Shown: in pieces, positions 21,186-32,652 of the stretch
Numbering within the stretch: the stretch's first letter is position 1
Layout: the number at the start of each line of letters is the position of its first letter
DNA from: Macrostomum lignano
Lineage: Eukaryota
Direction: 5' to 3'
DNA length: 64,000 nucleotides
Assembly (NCBI GenBank): GCA_002269645.1
Contig: NIVC01001713.1
Location: forward strand, 1 to 64,000
The notes under the pieces: generated by a model
Databases searched by the model: none
What the model saw: the letters and a program-made list of their open reading frames with translations, nothing else
What the model was told of the DNA's origin: nothing
Made by a program: the position numbers and the translations under genes

Positions 21186-22328
21186 ATGGAGACGCCGGCA
21201 TCCTCCCTGCTGTTCGGGTTGCCCAACTGCAGCCTGCCGAATGACAGCAACAGCTACTTTGACAACGGCGGCCAGATGGCGGGCCAGGACCCGCTGGTCC
21301 GCTACCTCCTGCTGTTCTACTCCATCGTGTTCCTGCTGGTTGGCGTTCCGGCCGACCTGCTCTCCATGCTGCTCTGGTGCCGCCGGATCAGCAGCTCGCA
21401 GGGCTCCACGGCGCTGTTCCTGACTGTGCTGTGCGCCGTAGACACCCTCGTGCTGGTTCAGGGCTGCCTGAGACACCTGGCCATTACTGTCACCTGCCGC
21501 GATCCCCGGATGTTGCTAGGCTGCAGCTGGCCGCTGTTCCTGTACACCTGGCTCAGCAACACGTCCGTGTGGATCATCTGCCTGATGTGCGTCGAGCGCC
21601 TCGTCTGCGTCTGCTGGCCGTTCAGCATGAAGTCCGTCTGCCAGCTGCGCAACGGTGCCGCCGCCCTGGCTGTGGTCGCCAGCCTGCTGGCCACCTGCGA
21701 CCTGCCGCTGCTGTTCATTGTCGAGCCGGAGACCTGCAGTGAGCGCGCCGAGTTCGAGACTCTCAGACGAGCGTTCAACATAGTCGACTCCATCGTGTAC
21801 TCCTACCTGCCTTTCGCTCTCATCGTCTCTCTCAACGCCGTCATTTTGGTCCGTCTGGGTCGTCAGCGGCAGAGACTGGCCGCCGCAGCCTCTCGCAGCG
21901 GCGGCCGCGGCGCGGGAGGCGGCAACGGCGGCGGCGGCGGTCGCCAGGCTTCGAACAAGATCTTCGTGACCGTGTTCGCCATGGCTGTCTGCCATCTGCT
22001 GTTCACGGCGCCCGTCGTGGTCTGGTACCACGGCTTCTCGGATCTGTGCGACATGGACTCGCTCATGTGCAGCCGCATCGAGCTGATCTGCCAGATTCTG
22101 GAGCGGCTGAATCACCTCATCCACTTCTTCATCTTTAGCTTTACCTCGTCGCTGTTCATGACCGATCTGAAGGCCCTGCTAAACCGCTTGCCGGCCTGTC
22201 GGAGCGTCGGGAATCCGCGACCGGCCGCCGACCGGACGCAGGGGAAGCAGCAGCGGCAGCAGCAGCCGACGGCAGCGACGTTCGAGCTGCAGGCGACTCA
22301 ACAGCGGCTGCTGCCTTCATCAAACTGA
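21186..22328 (+). CDS. Single-exon rhodopsin-class (class A) GPCR, peptide-receptor-like orphan
   Basis: gccATGg start; N-glycosylation sites NCS and NDS; seven hydrophobic segments; TM2 LCAVDTL; TM3 CVERLVCVCWP; TM5 YLPF..I..LN; TM7 LNHLIHFFIF. Confidence 0.9.
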   Translation: METPASSLLFGLPNCSLPNDSNSYFDNGGQMAGQDPLVRYLLLFYSIVFLLVGVPADLLSMLLWCRRISSSQGSTALFLTVLCAVDTLVLVQGCLRHLAITVTCRDPRMLLGCSWPLFLYTWLSNTSVWIICLMCVERLVCVCWPFSMKSVCQLRNGAAALAVVASLLATCDLPLLFIVEPETCSERAEFETLRRAFNIVDSIVYSYLPFALIVSLNAVILVRLGRQRQRLAAAASRSGGRGAGGGNGGGGGRQASNKIFVTVFAMAVCHLLFTAPVVVWYHGFSDLCDMDSLMCSRIELICQILERLNHLIHFFIFSFTSSLFMTDLKALLNRLPACRSVGNPRPAADRTQGKQQRQQQPTAATFELQATQQRLLPSSN

Positions 22329-22930
22329 TTAAGCAGCCAAGATGATTTAATAGAAGAACTCTGTGAACTATGAACGTGACTGATTGAGTCATCACCATGT
22401 AGCACACGCACATTTGCACCCACATCTCATTCTCACTCTCCCAGCACCCCTATCTATGTTGATTTCTTGTGGCAGTCATTGTTATTTTATTGCTATCGTC
22501 CCGCTTGAAATGCCAGCCGCTTTGGCAGTGAAAAAATCCCATTTTTCCCAACGACAGAAATGATGAACGGCATCAGTTGTTAAACGATATCATCCGAAGT
22601 AGATATTTAGAACGATTCTCATAAAAAAGGATATTGCGCTACAGTTTGGACAGATTATCTGCAACATCTTAATGAAAATATACTACATGTATACTCATAT
22701 TTCTGTTGTTTATATAGCTGACCATCGATCCAAGAAAATGACCGCCTCTGCATTGGCAACAGCGCACAGCAAAATAAATTGTTTTTGAGCTTATTGCTTT
22801 CAATTCTATCATCCGATATTGCAGAGGTTCTCTGGGTTTTCTTAATGTCTTTTTGGATCGCGTCTCCAAACAGAATTTACGTCCCTTCCTAACCCTCCAT
22901 CACTCGCCTCCCACTGCCCCCCCTAACTCA

Positions 22931-23598
22931 CCCTCCATCTCTTAATCTCCTTCCCGCTTCTGTCCCCCTCTCTCACCCTCCATCTCTTAATCTCCTTCCC
23001 GCTTCTGTCCCCCTCTCTCACCCTCCATCTCTTAATCTCCTTCCCGCTTCTGACCCCCTTTCTCACCCTCCATCTCTTAATCTCCTTCCCGCTTCTGTCC
23101 CAACTCTCTCCCACTCCATCTCTTAATCTCCTTCCCGCTTCTGTCCCCCTCTCTCACCCTCCATCTCTTAATCTCCTTCCCGCTTCTGACCCCCTTTCTC
23201 ACCCTCCATCTCTTAATCTCCTTCCCGCTTCTGTCCCAACTCTCTCCCACTCCATCTCTTAATCTCCTTCCCGCTTCTGTCCCCCTCTCTCACCCTCCAT
23301 CTCTTAATCTCCTTCCCGCTTCTGTCCCCCTCTCTCACCCTCCATCTCTTAATCTCCTTCCCGCTTCTGCCCCCCCTCTCTCACCCTCCATCTCTTAATC
23401 TCCTTCCCGCTTCTGCCCCCCTCTCTCACCCTCCATCTCTTAATCTCCTTCCCGCTTCTGTCCCCCTCTCTCACCCTCCATCTCTTAATCTCCTTCCCGC
23501 TTCTGCCCCCCCTCTCTCACCCTCCATCTCTTAATCTCCTTCCCGCTTCTGTCCCCCCTCTCTCACCCTCCATCTCTTAATCTCCTTCCCGCTTCTGT
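22931..23598 (+). repeat. 45-bp pyrimidine-rich minisatellite, ~15 copies
   Basis: Unit CCCTCCATCTCTTAATCTCCTTCCCGCTTCTGTCCCCCTCTCTCA. Confidence 0.97.
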
Positions 23599-24332
23599 TA
23601 CTCGAAAATTCGCAATTTCGAAACTTCACAAGCTCGAAAATGTAAAAAATGTTTAGTGTGAAGTGTTTTTTAATCTAAAGAGTGACAAAACTGCATTGAA
23701 AATTCGTTCGATACCCCATCAGAAACATGGTCAAACTATCGATCCTCCAGGCAGACGTTGTGGGCTTGAGTCTGAGATGGAAATTTCTTTGAGCCCGAGC
23801 CCTCTCTGCCGGCAATCCACAGCACAGAGACTGGGGGCGAGGGCAGGGAAACAAGAAAATAAAAGCAACATCTGGAGCAGTTTCAGATTTTCAGACAGAC
23901 AGCTTGGCTAGCCTGGCAAAGCGACCTTGGGGTGAGATGGTTACAGAATCGCCGAATAAGAGAATGTCAGCGGAAACATTCTCTTTGAATGATTTGAAGG
24001 ATAAGCAGTTGTTGTAATTAATTAATCATTTCTATTAAAGAGTTTTAAATCACCCAAGGGCCGGATATAGAGGCTTCGAGAGCCGGGGGTTGCCGAACCC
24101 TGGTTCAGGTGTATGATGATGAAACACGCGCATCTGGGACAGCTGCTGAAATGGAGGCAGAGAGCTGTGAAACGGATCAAATTCTACAAGTCTCTGACGC
24201 GGACCAGTAAAGTGCGGTTCACTGCAGGCTGATCCTCCTCTGTTTACGCACGAGCTAGCGGTGCCGGTGCACTTCTGGCACCGACTGCTGGCTTGCGGCG
24301 TGCGCATGCCGCACGGAGGCCTCAGCATATTT

Positions 24333-24680
24333 CCATCACAAAGTCTTTCCATCACCCAGTCTCTCCATAACTCAATGTCTCCATCACCCAGTCTCTCCAT
24401 CACCCAGTCTCTCCATCACCCAGTCTCTCCATCACCCAGTCTCACCATCACCCAGTCTCTCCATCACTCAGTCTCTCGTTCACTCAGTCTCTCCATCACC
24501 CAGTCTCTCCATCACTCAGTCTCTCCATCACTCAGTCTCTCGTTCACTCAGTCTCTCGTTCACTCAGTCTCTCCATCACCCAGTCTCTCGTTCACTCAGT
24601 CTCTCCATCACTCAATGTCTCCATCACCCAGTCTCTCACTTACTCAGTGTCTCCATTACCCAGTCTCTCCATCACTCAGC
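24333..24680 (+). repeat. ~16-bp degenerate minisatellite (CAGTCTCTCCATCACC / CAGTCTCTCGTTCACT)
   Basis: Read directly. Confidence 0.92.
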
Positions 24681-26089
24681 CAGATTTGCACCTGTGTTTT
24701 AAAGAAGATATTATAGCTCGCACAACCTTAAAATAAAAATGCACGCCTCCTGCGTTAAATGCACACTGATTTATTTGTTGAAATACACAATGATTACCAC
24801 GGTTTGGCCATAGACTATGTTGGTAAATGCACACTTAGTCGTGTTATAATGCAGTCACAAGCAGAGTTATGAGATGAGGTGCATGCATTGAGAAAATTTG
24901 TTAGCAAAATCCCTTGCATCCTTGCAGCGCCGTCAAAGCTGATACTTTCTGAAGAATCGGATCAACTGCTTGAGAAGGGGAGGGGGCAGATAAGGGAACA
25001 GAAGATTATAAGCTCCACCCAACTTAGCTCCCTGACTAGAAGTTCTGAGAGATTTTCTCCCCGGATCAAATAAAGATTGTCATAAGCTGTTCCCCAGCTT
25101 CCACCCGATGTCTGATTCATCAAGTTTTTTAGGGGAAGAAAAACGGGAATGGGGATCTGAGCTCCCCGGCTCAAGCTGAGTTGCCATGGGGGCCTAGCAG
25201 CAGTATTGCATATAAATTTTATGAGAATAGCATCAATAATAAAACAATATTTCTACTAATAATAGAACCGCGTTGCCTGAATCTCGATAGGCCATCTGCT
25301 CGTCCTCGCGGGAAGCAGGAGACACCCACCGAGTGACAGAAAATCACCAACCCTTTAAGTCTCTCACCGACTTAGCATCCAGTTATTCGCCATCCTAGTT
25401 GCTCTTTTCTAGCTCGCTTCCAATCTTGCAGCCCCCCCCCCGACCATGATGCAGCGCTCAACAGTCAGTCGCAAAAGCTTAGTTTCACTTGTTGATTTTA
25501 TCTATTCTTTATCACTTTTTGTGCTGAGTCATGCAGTCCTGGGCGAAACCTCTGACGCGTGATTGTCCGGGCCTCGTTCTGATTTGATGGAGACTTCTCG
25601 TCGTCAAATAAACCTAATTTAGTTGGCTTTATGAGCAGCAGCTCGTCTGCCTTCTAAAGACGGAAACAGATTCTGTCAGCGAAACGAATCTTATTATATT
25701 GCCCTTTGTCAGCCAAGTTGACAGGAATTCCCGTTTGGCAGCAGTAGATTTGGTCTCGTCCATAGACATTGACATAGACAGAAAAAGGCAAAAATTCACC
25801 GAAAGGAGAGAGGACCCGTTACAGAGGAAAGAGACACAAGCGGGACGTGAAAAAAAACGGACGTGGTTTACCGGAGTTTGGGCCATAGACAACAAAGTCT
25901 GCGGGCACTGGTGAGCCTGACTATTTATCCCTAAGTGTCACTTACGAAAAATCATCCAATGGAAGGTTATAATCTACTACTTACTTACTATAATCTATAT
26001 ATAAGGTAATATCCTCATTGTCTAACTTCAGTGGATGGCCATAGACAAAAGATAAGCCATAGACTAGATTGAAACAGGCAGGGAGTTAA

Positions 26090-26740
26090 TCGGGTTAAGC
26101 GAAGAGAAGAGAGGAAACATTGACTACATATAGGCTACATGAGCTTGACCATGAAGGAGGACGAGAAATATTATTTGATCAACTGGGCAAATCTACCTGT
26201 CAAAAGCTTAGCCAACGTAACTAGCAGCGAACTCAATTGGATCTCGTGAGTCTCTTCATCCGAGAAGGACATGAAGGACAATGAAGATTTTTTTACTTTT
26301 CTATCTTGCACTTTCTTAGAGAAAAGTGATACTGCCGAGGATTGTCGGAGGCACCAGGCGATTTTTTTCAAAGCAGAAAGAAGCGAGGAATCAACTACCT
26401 CGTACTTAAGGACCTTCAAGAAGGCGCTGAGTAAAGAAGTGCAGCTGCCAAAGGAATACACAAATCAGCATCCGCGGTGGGTTAGTGGGTCGATGAAAGT
26501 ATATGTGACTTTTCCGATGTGCTTGTTTGTATGATTGAATTTCCCTGGTCTTGTTTCCTGCTCCGTTCTAGACTAGAGTTAGCAGAGTGTGCGACCTGGA
26601 ATCGGAAGGGCATTCAATGAGCGAGATAATGGCTATTACGGGTCAAGAGTCCGAGAGCACCGTCCGCGGCGCTACCTGGCGATGAAACGGGACAAGTCCT
26701 TGCAAAAAGTGTCGCTTGCTCTGAACATAGGAGAAAACGT
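26090..26740 (+). pseudogene. Degenerate tyrosine-recombinase (Crypton/DUF3504-like) relic
   Basis: KALSKEVQLPKEYTN followed by HSIR if a 2-bp deletion is restored (26421-26477). DLESEGHSMSEIMAITGQESESTV then, after a frameshift, RRYLAMKRDKSLQKVS (26587-26730). A GT..AG segment lies between the two. Confidence 0.55.
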
Positions 26741-27700
26741 ATCGACCCAAGGTCATGTAACAATGCCTGCCGACATCAGCATCCAGAGCTCCATCGCACA
26801 AGAAGCGGTGATATAATGTGCCCGATGGTCGGGAGATTAACGGCCGGAGTATCTTCATAATAAAAAAATTGTACTCTCAACAATTGCCAACTGTAATGGA
26901 AGATGGTACTGTGACAATTCTGCCGTACTTATGGAGACTAATTTTCACCATTAATACGAGTATATTATTGCGTTTATTCTTTCTCAAGAATGAATTACCC
27001 CATTTTTCTGTTTTAAAAATAACCCATTGTTATCCCGAGGTCAACAGCATTATCCAGAGGTTTCAAGTAAAGAAATATATTAAGTGTGGATCAGGTTTTA
27101 CCATAGACACTTTCATTATCAGAAAGGCTGATTTTTGACAATGATCTTAAAAAATCAATAACATCTCTATGAGAGAGGTTGCTTCTGACATCATTCTTCG
27201 TGCTGATGTCTATGGCCGAATTCTCAGCTTGGGTTGTCTTTTTGCGTCTGTGTCTATTGGCAAGACCAAATCTACAGCTGTCACATGGGAAGTCTCAACT
27301 TGGTTGGCTCAACTATCAACTTGCCTGGCAAAAGCAATGCATTGGAAAATCGGATTGCGTCATTAGCTCGTAAAATGATGTCGATGATTGAACTCCCTCC
27401 CGCAGGCCTGTCGTCCATCTCTGTCTGTGTTTTTCGGCTGACTTGCGCGAACTGCTCTACAGATAGAAGAAAATAATGAGAATAATGAGCATGGAGCAGC
27501 AGGTTCATTAATGATAAAGAATGTAACATATAACAGGCTTGTAGCAGGCTGACCCCTACAGCAATCCGACGTGTATCTATCGAAGTCGCTGACGAATCTG
27601 TACTTTTACATTAGGCCGCATCGTCTGCTCCGAGCCGCCTTCAAGATCGCCGGTGAGCAGCAAGTCACCAACACGGCACTGTATCGTGGACTACGTGGAC

Positions 27701-28101
27701 CAAGGACTACTTAATTAGAAGGACGGGAAACCCCATTTCTTGGAAAATGTTAGAGGCAGGTTTTCCGGAAAAAATACACTACGGAGATAGGAAGTTTTCA
27801 TTTTTCAGCACAAAAATTGTTATTGTTTTCGATAGGAGGCAGACCAAATGCCCATCTTTTGATATGTTGTGCCTTTCTTATAGCTCCATTGATATTCATA
27901 AAGCTTTTCGTTTAGAAAATTAGGGTTTTATGTTAATTTTTCTTCTACGTACACTCACATGTCCTGTGCCTAAAAACCCATTTAAATGGCACGGCTATTC
28001 CTATAGATTCCTATCTCCGTAGTGTATTATTTTCGGAAACACCAGCCTCCTTAAAATTTTCCTAGTAACGAGGTTTCCGTCTTTCTACTTGAGTAGTCTT
28101 T
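27701..28101. mobile_element. MITE-like element with ~90-bp imperfect terminal inverted repeats
   Basis: 27705-27793 matches the reverse complement of 28008-28098, including perfect AATACACTACGGAGATAGGAA; AT-rich non-coding core; no clear TSD. Confidence 0.75.
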
Positions 28102-30142
28102 GTTATAACCAACGGCTGTATTTCGACAGCTTATTTAAATGTTTCTTGAAATTTTATTTACCAATAGCTTGATCAGTCTCTTTTCGAAAACAAACTTTCG
28201 AACTAATGAAACTTGGAGCTGATGAAGCTTTGAGTTTGGAAGACTCGAAGATTCAAAGACGCCACATACTGCGATACGAAATTGCTAATTCCAGGATGTC
28301 GAGCAGAGTTCCTGGGCGCCATGTCCGGAGCGGCATGGACCTGCACGACTGAGCAGTAGCGAGGCTAATAATGCAAGAGTTGAGTAATTGGATTGCCTAA
28401 CTACGAGCTACGGGCTTTCCGGCAACAAGAATTTTTGTCGATCACTGATGCGAGAAATAAGCCGGGGAATATCATCCAACTGATGGGTGCGGAGTCAAGC
28501 AGCCATGCATGGGACCTGGTTCCGAGGCCTTTCCAGACCATCGTTCTGCATGAATTAAAGGACGACTTAAAAATGAAAGGACGGGAAACTTAGTTTCTTA
28601 GAATATCTTACATAATTGTCTTTTAAGACAATATATAGCCATTGATTTCTGATCGAATTGCAGATCAAAGGCTCATATTTTTGCATGACTTGCCACCGGT
28701 CACAGTCACGCAACAAATGCTTTTAAAGTAAGAAAGTCAATACACTGTATGTAATAAGGAACTTTTTCGCAATTTAAACAACTGACAAAACTTGTTCAAA
28801 GATCAATGGAGCAACGAATCAGGCAATGTATAAGCATTCGACCTGCTTCCCATAAAACAATCACAATTTGAAAAATGAAAATTTTAATTCTCATTAGTGT
28901 AATTTAGGGAAAGCCCAGACTCGGCATTCGACTTTTCTACATTTAGTTTCTTAGAAACCCTTTTTCCGTGTCAGTCCAGGCTTGCATGCCAACATGAAGC
29001 TTCTATATTTGGCTATCTTATTTCAAGACTTATTAGTTATTACGTAACACAGTAATTGAAAAGTGGTTAGCTTACTGTACGCCGTACTTGTTTGGGGGCA
29101 GTGATAGCGGAAGAATAAATAAATGTAAGAGAGTTGGAAACCCTGGAGATTACGCCGGGTTAGCGTTTGTACTTTTTTATCTGACGCTCGATGAGAAACA
29201 GCTCTCCCATGTAAGGTGAGTTCCGTTGTAAGCTTATTGCAGTTTTTTATCAGCGCAACGAATCCACAATATTGAACAGATACATGCGAAAAGCTGCAAT
29301 CAATCCTGCTATAATGCTGGGAAAGGTAAAACGAAGCAGCCTTAGCCGTGTAGATGCAGGGAGTTGCAAATGCTGAGTAAATCTGATGCAGTGGTTGCTT
29401 GTTTAACCAGCTTCAGTTTCTCTCGGGTCGTGCAAACCTGTGCGGTGAAGACGGGATTCAACAAAACAAGAGTAATGAAGACGGGCATCCCATTGACGGG
29501 TTGGACAAGGCAGTCTGTCATGTCAACTGCTCCCCAGCACTGTACGATGTATGTATTTATTGGATTTGAAGAACAAACTGTCTGACAGTTACAAATGTAG
29601 CTGCCATTCAGTTAATAAGCTGTCAGGAAAAACCCAGTACAGTGTAGCATCCTTCCAGTTCAGTACGCTGTCCATGACTGAAATTCGGGCAGGATTTTAC
29701 TCAGACTTGTCTGGGATATTAGCGATGATAACCGGAAGTTCTATCAGAGTTGATGCGGAATTAATTATGTGCTGGCATTATTTAGTTGCTTAAAATTCAA
29801 TGATTTATAATTTTACTCTTGTAGAAATGTGAACCAACCAATAGTTTTAAGAAATCATTGAATGCTCAGCGTCGCTCTGAGCTCCTTGCGAGAAAAATCT
29901 CGAATTCGATTCTGTCTTCCCAATAGGCTTATACTATGGGAAATCTCCCGATCCTCAAGTTAATTATAAAACGGCCAACTCACTTCAACTCGGAGTGACC
30001 GAAATCCAAATCCGCTGAAAAAATCCTAGCAGGGGATAATATAAGCACGAGTAGATAAAATAGATACGAAATCGATAGGAATCCAAAGGACAGTAAAATC
30101 TGTAATGAGTACGAATTCCCAGTGGCAATGCGCCAACACTAA

Positions 30143-30449
30143 TCTAGGTTGTAGCCCAGTGGTCAGAGCGTCAGACTCACGACTTGAAGGTCGGGGGTTC
30201 GATTCCCCATCCCACTGGAACAATTTGTCCTTGAGCAAGACACTTAACTCTGCATTGCTTCAGTTCACCCAGCTGTAAAATGGGTGCCAGCATTAGCTGG
30301 GGTAATTAAGGGGGTGTGTGGCGACCCCCCATTCAATCCTTGGACTGAACAGCCGTACGCAGCCTTCAGATGCGCCGCGCAATAGCTGCGGCTGAGCTGT
30401 CGGTTGCACATCTGTCTATTAGGGCAGGTGTGATCAATTATTATTATTA
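30143..30449 (+). mobile_element. tRNA-derived CORE-type SINE
   Basis: A box TAGCCCAGTGG; B box GGTTCGATTCCC; MIR/CORE-like GTCCTTGAGCAAGACACTTAAC...CTGTAAAATGGG; (TTA)n tail. Confidence 0.85.
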
Positions 30450-31449
30450 GGCTATTGTGGCTGTCCGAGGTCCGAGGGTACCTGCAGTTGAGGCTTTTCG
30501 GTGCTAGGGGTGCCAGTGTTAGTGCTTATTTAGTGTCCGAAAGAGAGATAAAGACTCCTGGATTACTCTGACTGATTCATTTCAAGCTGACAAGGAAAAT
30601 TAATGCAATACAATAGAACATCAGGGATGTCACGTCTAGCATTGATTTATAGTACACGAGCACTCTTGCGCTGAACCCCACTGCACTCACTGCGCTGCAC
30701 TCACTGACTGACTTAAGACAAAAGTGCACAATTGAGCAGCTCAACTGCTGTCAGTACCAGAAGAACGGAGAAAAACGGAAAATAAAGAACTGAACTGAAA
30801 ACCATTGACCATCTGGTTGGGGAGACAGACAGCACTCTATACTCCAACGGGAACTCAAATTGACTGAATGCATGGCCCAATAGTCACCTGGCTCACACTG
30901 CCCGGATATTTACCCAAAATTTAGTCCCTAAAATGTTTGCCCGCATTATCTCCTCGCCATCTCGCCTCTCCAATATTTGAACAAATGTTTGAACGCCAAG
31001 CATAGATAAGAAAGTTCAAGTTTCCGGGTACATAATTCATGCTTTAAGCAGCTAAAGAGTACACAGAACCTCCATTTTTGCAGAAGCGCTAGAAAGGCAA
31101 GGTCTTGAACTCCCTCGGGTCTCCGATAAGGACCGCACCGAACATCTGCCTAGAAATGTACTTTCACCTTGTTTATCCATCAACAGCAAAAAGACAATTT
31201 AAAGAGAGTTTAAGTAGAATTCATTTCGATATATTCCCAAAGAGACAATTGTTTTCTGTATTTTGAAATATGAACAGCCGGTGGACAACGGCTAGGCAGT
31301 ACAAAAGCACAATCTCCACAATTCCAACTTGCTTGCTCAAATAGAACACGAATGGTTTGGTTAAGACTGCAAGCATGGCAACTGCAAAGCTGGACTGCCA
31401 GAGACAAAATTTCATGCTTTCTTTGTGACATAAAAACTCGATATACAGT

Positions 31450-31617
31450 TTATTGCAGTCCCGACTGCCGTTATTGCAATCCCAATTGCCGTTATTGAAG
31501 TCCCGACTGCCGTTATTGCAATCCCAATTGCCGTTATTGAAGTCCCGACTGCCGTTATTGCAATCCCAATTGCCGTTATTGAAATCCCGATTGCCGTTAT
31601 TGCAGTCCCAATCGCCT
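31450..31617 (+). repeat. 21-bp minisatellite (alternating variants, 42-bp period)
   Basis: GTTATTGCAATCCCAATTGCC / GTTATTGAAGTCCCGACTGCC. Confidence 0.95.
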
Positions 31618-31724
31618 CTATTGATTTCCATTAATTCCCATTATAGCTAAATATACGAAATGCCACTCGAACTAGCAGTCAAAAGTACTCAAAACGGCCT
31701 CAAATACAAAGGAAACAGTACTTG

Positions 31725-32106
31725 CTACACAAACTTGGTGGCAATGGCCAATAGCTTAGTATAGTCTAGTTTGGGATTGCGATTAGCCCGAAGGAAGCTG
31801 GGCACAGGCGCCAGAATCCGGTTGCCAAGCGGCTGGCCTTCATCGTTCAGCAGCACCAGATTGTTGCTATCAAACTGCGGCCTGAGGGGACCTTCGGGCC
31901 GGCGGGCTCCGACAATGAAGCCGCGCCGCTTCTGGCCAAGAATGGCCACCATGACCATGTCGCCCGTGGCTGCCTTCAGCTTCTTGCCGTAGACGTGCAT
32001 CACTCTGGGCGGCTTGCCTGCCTCCATGGCCCGGCGGCCCAGTTCGCTGTTGTCCACGACACGGAGTCGGGTGCGCCGCTGAATGTAGTCAAGGCGCGGC
32101 GTTGTG
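31725..32106 (-). CDS. MRPL14: Mitochondrial ribosomal protein uL14m, last exon
   Basis: IQRRTRLRVVDNSELG, GDMVMVAILGQK, FDSNNLVLLND.G.PLGNRI, LLAIATKFV*; strong acceptor TTTTTCTTGTCCCCCCGCAG (phase 2). Confidence 0.95.
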
Positions 32107-32140
32107 CTGCGGGGGGACAAGAAAAATGTACATGTAGCTC

Positions 32141-32652
32141 TGACCAATTAACAGGCTTGTTCCATCCTGACCAATCGGGAATCAGTAGGTCTGTTCCCTC
32201 CTGACCAATCAGCAATCGGCAGGTCTGTTCCCTCCTGACCAATCAGCAATCGGCAGGTCTGTTTCCTCCTGACCAATTAGCAATCAGTAGGTCTGTTCCC
32301 TCCTGACCAATCAGCAATCGGCAGGTCTGTTCCCTCCTGACCAATCAGCAATCAGTAGGTCTGTTCCCTCCTGACCAATCAGGAACCAGCAGTTCTGCTC
32401 CCTCCTGACCAATCAGCAATCGGCAGGTCTGTTCCCTCCTGACCAATCAGCAATCAGTAGGTCTGTTCCCTACTGACCAATCAGGAACCAGCAGTTCTGC
32501 TCCCTCCTGACCAATCAGCAATCAGCAGGTCTGTTCCTCCTGACCAATCAGCAATCAGTAGGTCTGTTCCCTACTGACCAATCAGGAACTAGCAGTTCTG
32601 CTCCCTCCTGACCAATCAGCAATCAGTTGGTTTGTTCCATCCTGACCAATCA
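32141..32652 (+). repeat. 34-bp intronic minisatellite carrying 16 CCAAT motifs
   Basis: Unit GTCTGTTCCCTCCTGACCAATCAGCAATCGGCAG. Confidence 0.96.

Noticed and set aside
28200-29800. Short ORFs possibly from a decayed transposase
   Set aside because: No recognisable catalytic motif could be assembled by eye.
30143-30215. tRNA gene
   Set aside because: A and B boxes are present, but there is no clean acceptor stem and it continues into a SINE core and tail.
31725-32147. Bacterial rplN or an ORF starting at 32147
   Set aside because: The sequence is of the mitochondrial MRPL14 type; the ORF's first codons are intronic, upstream of a strong acceptor at 32107.
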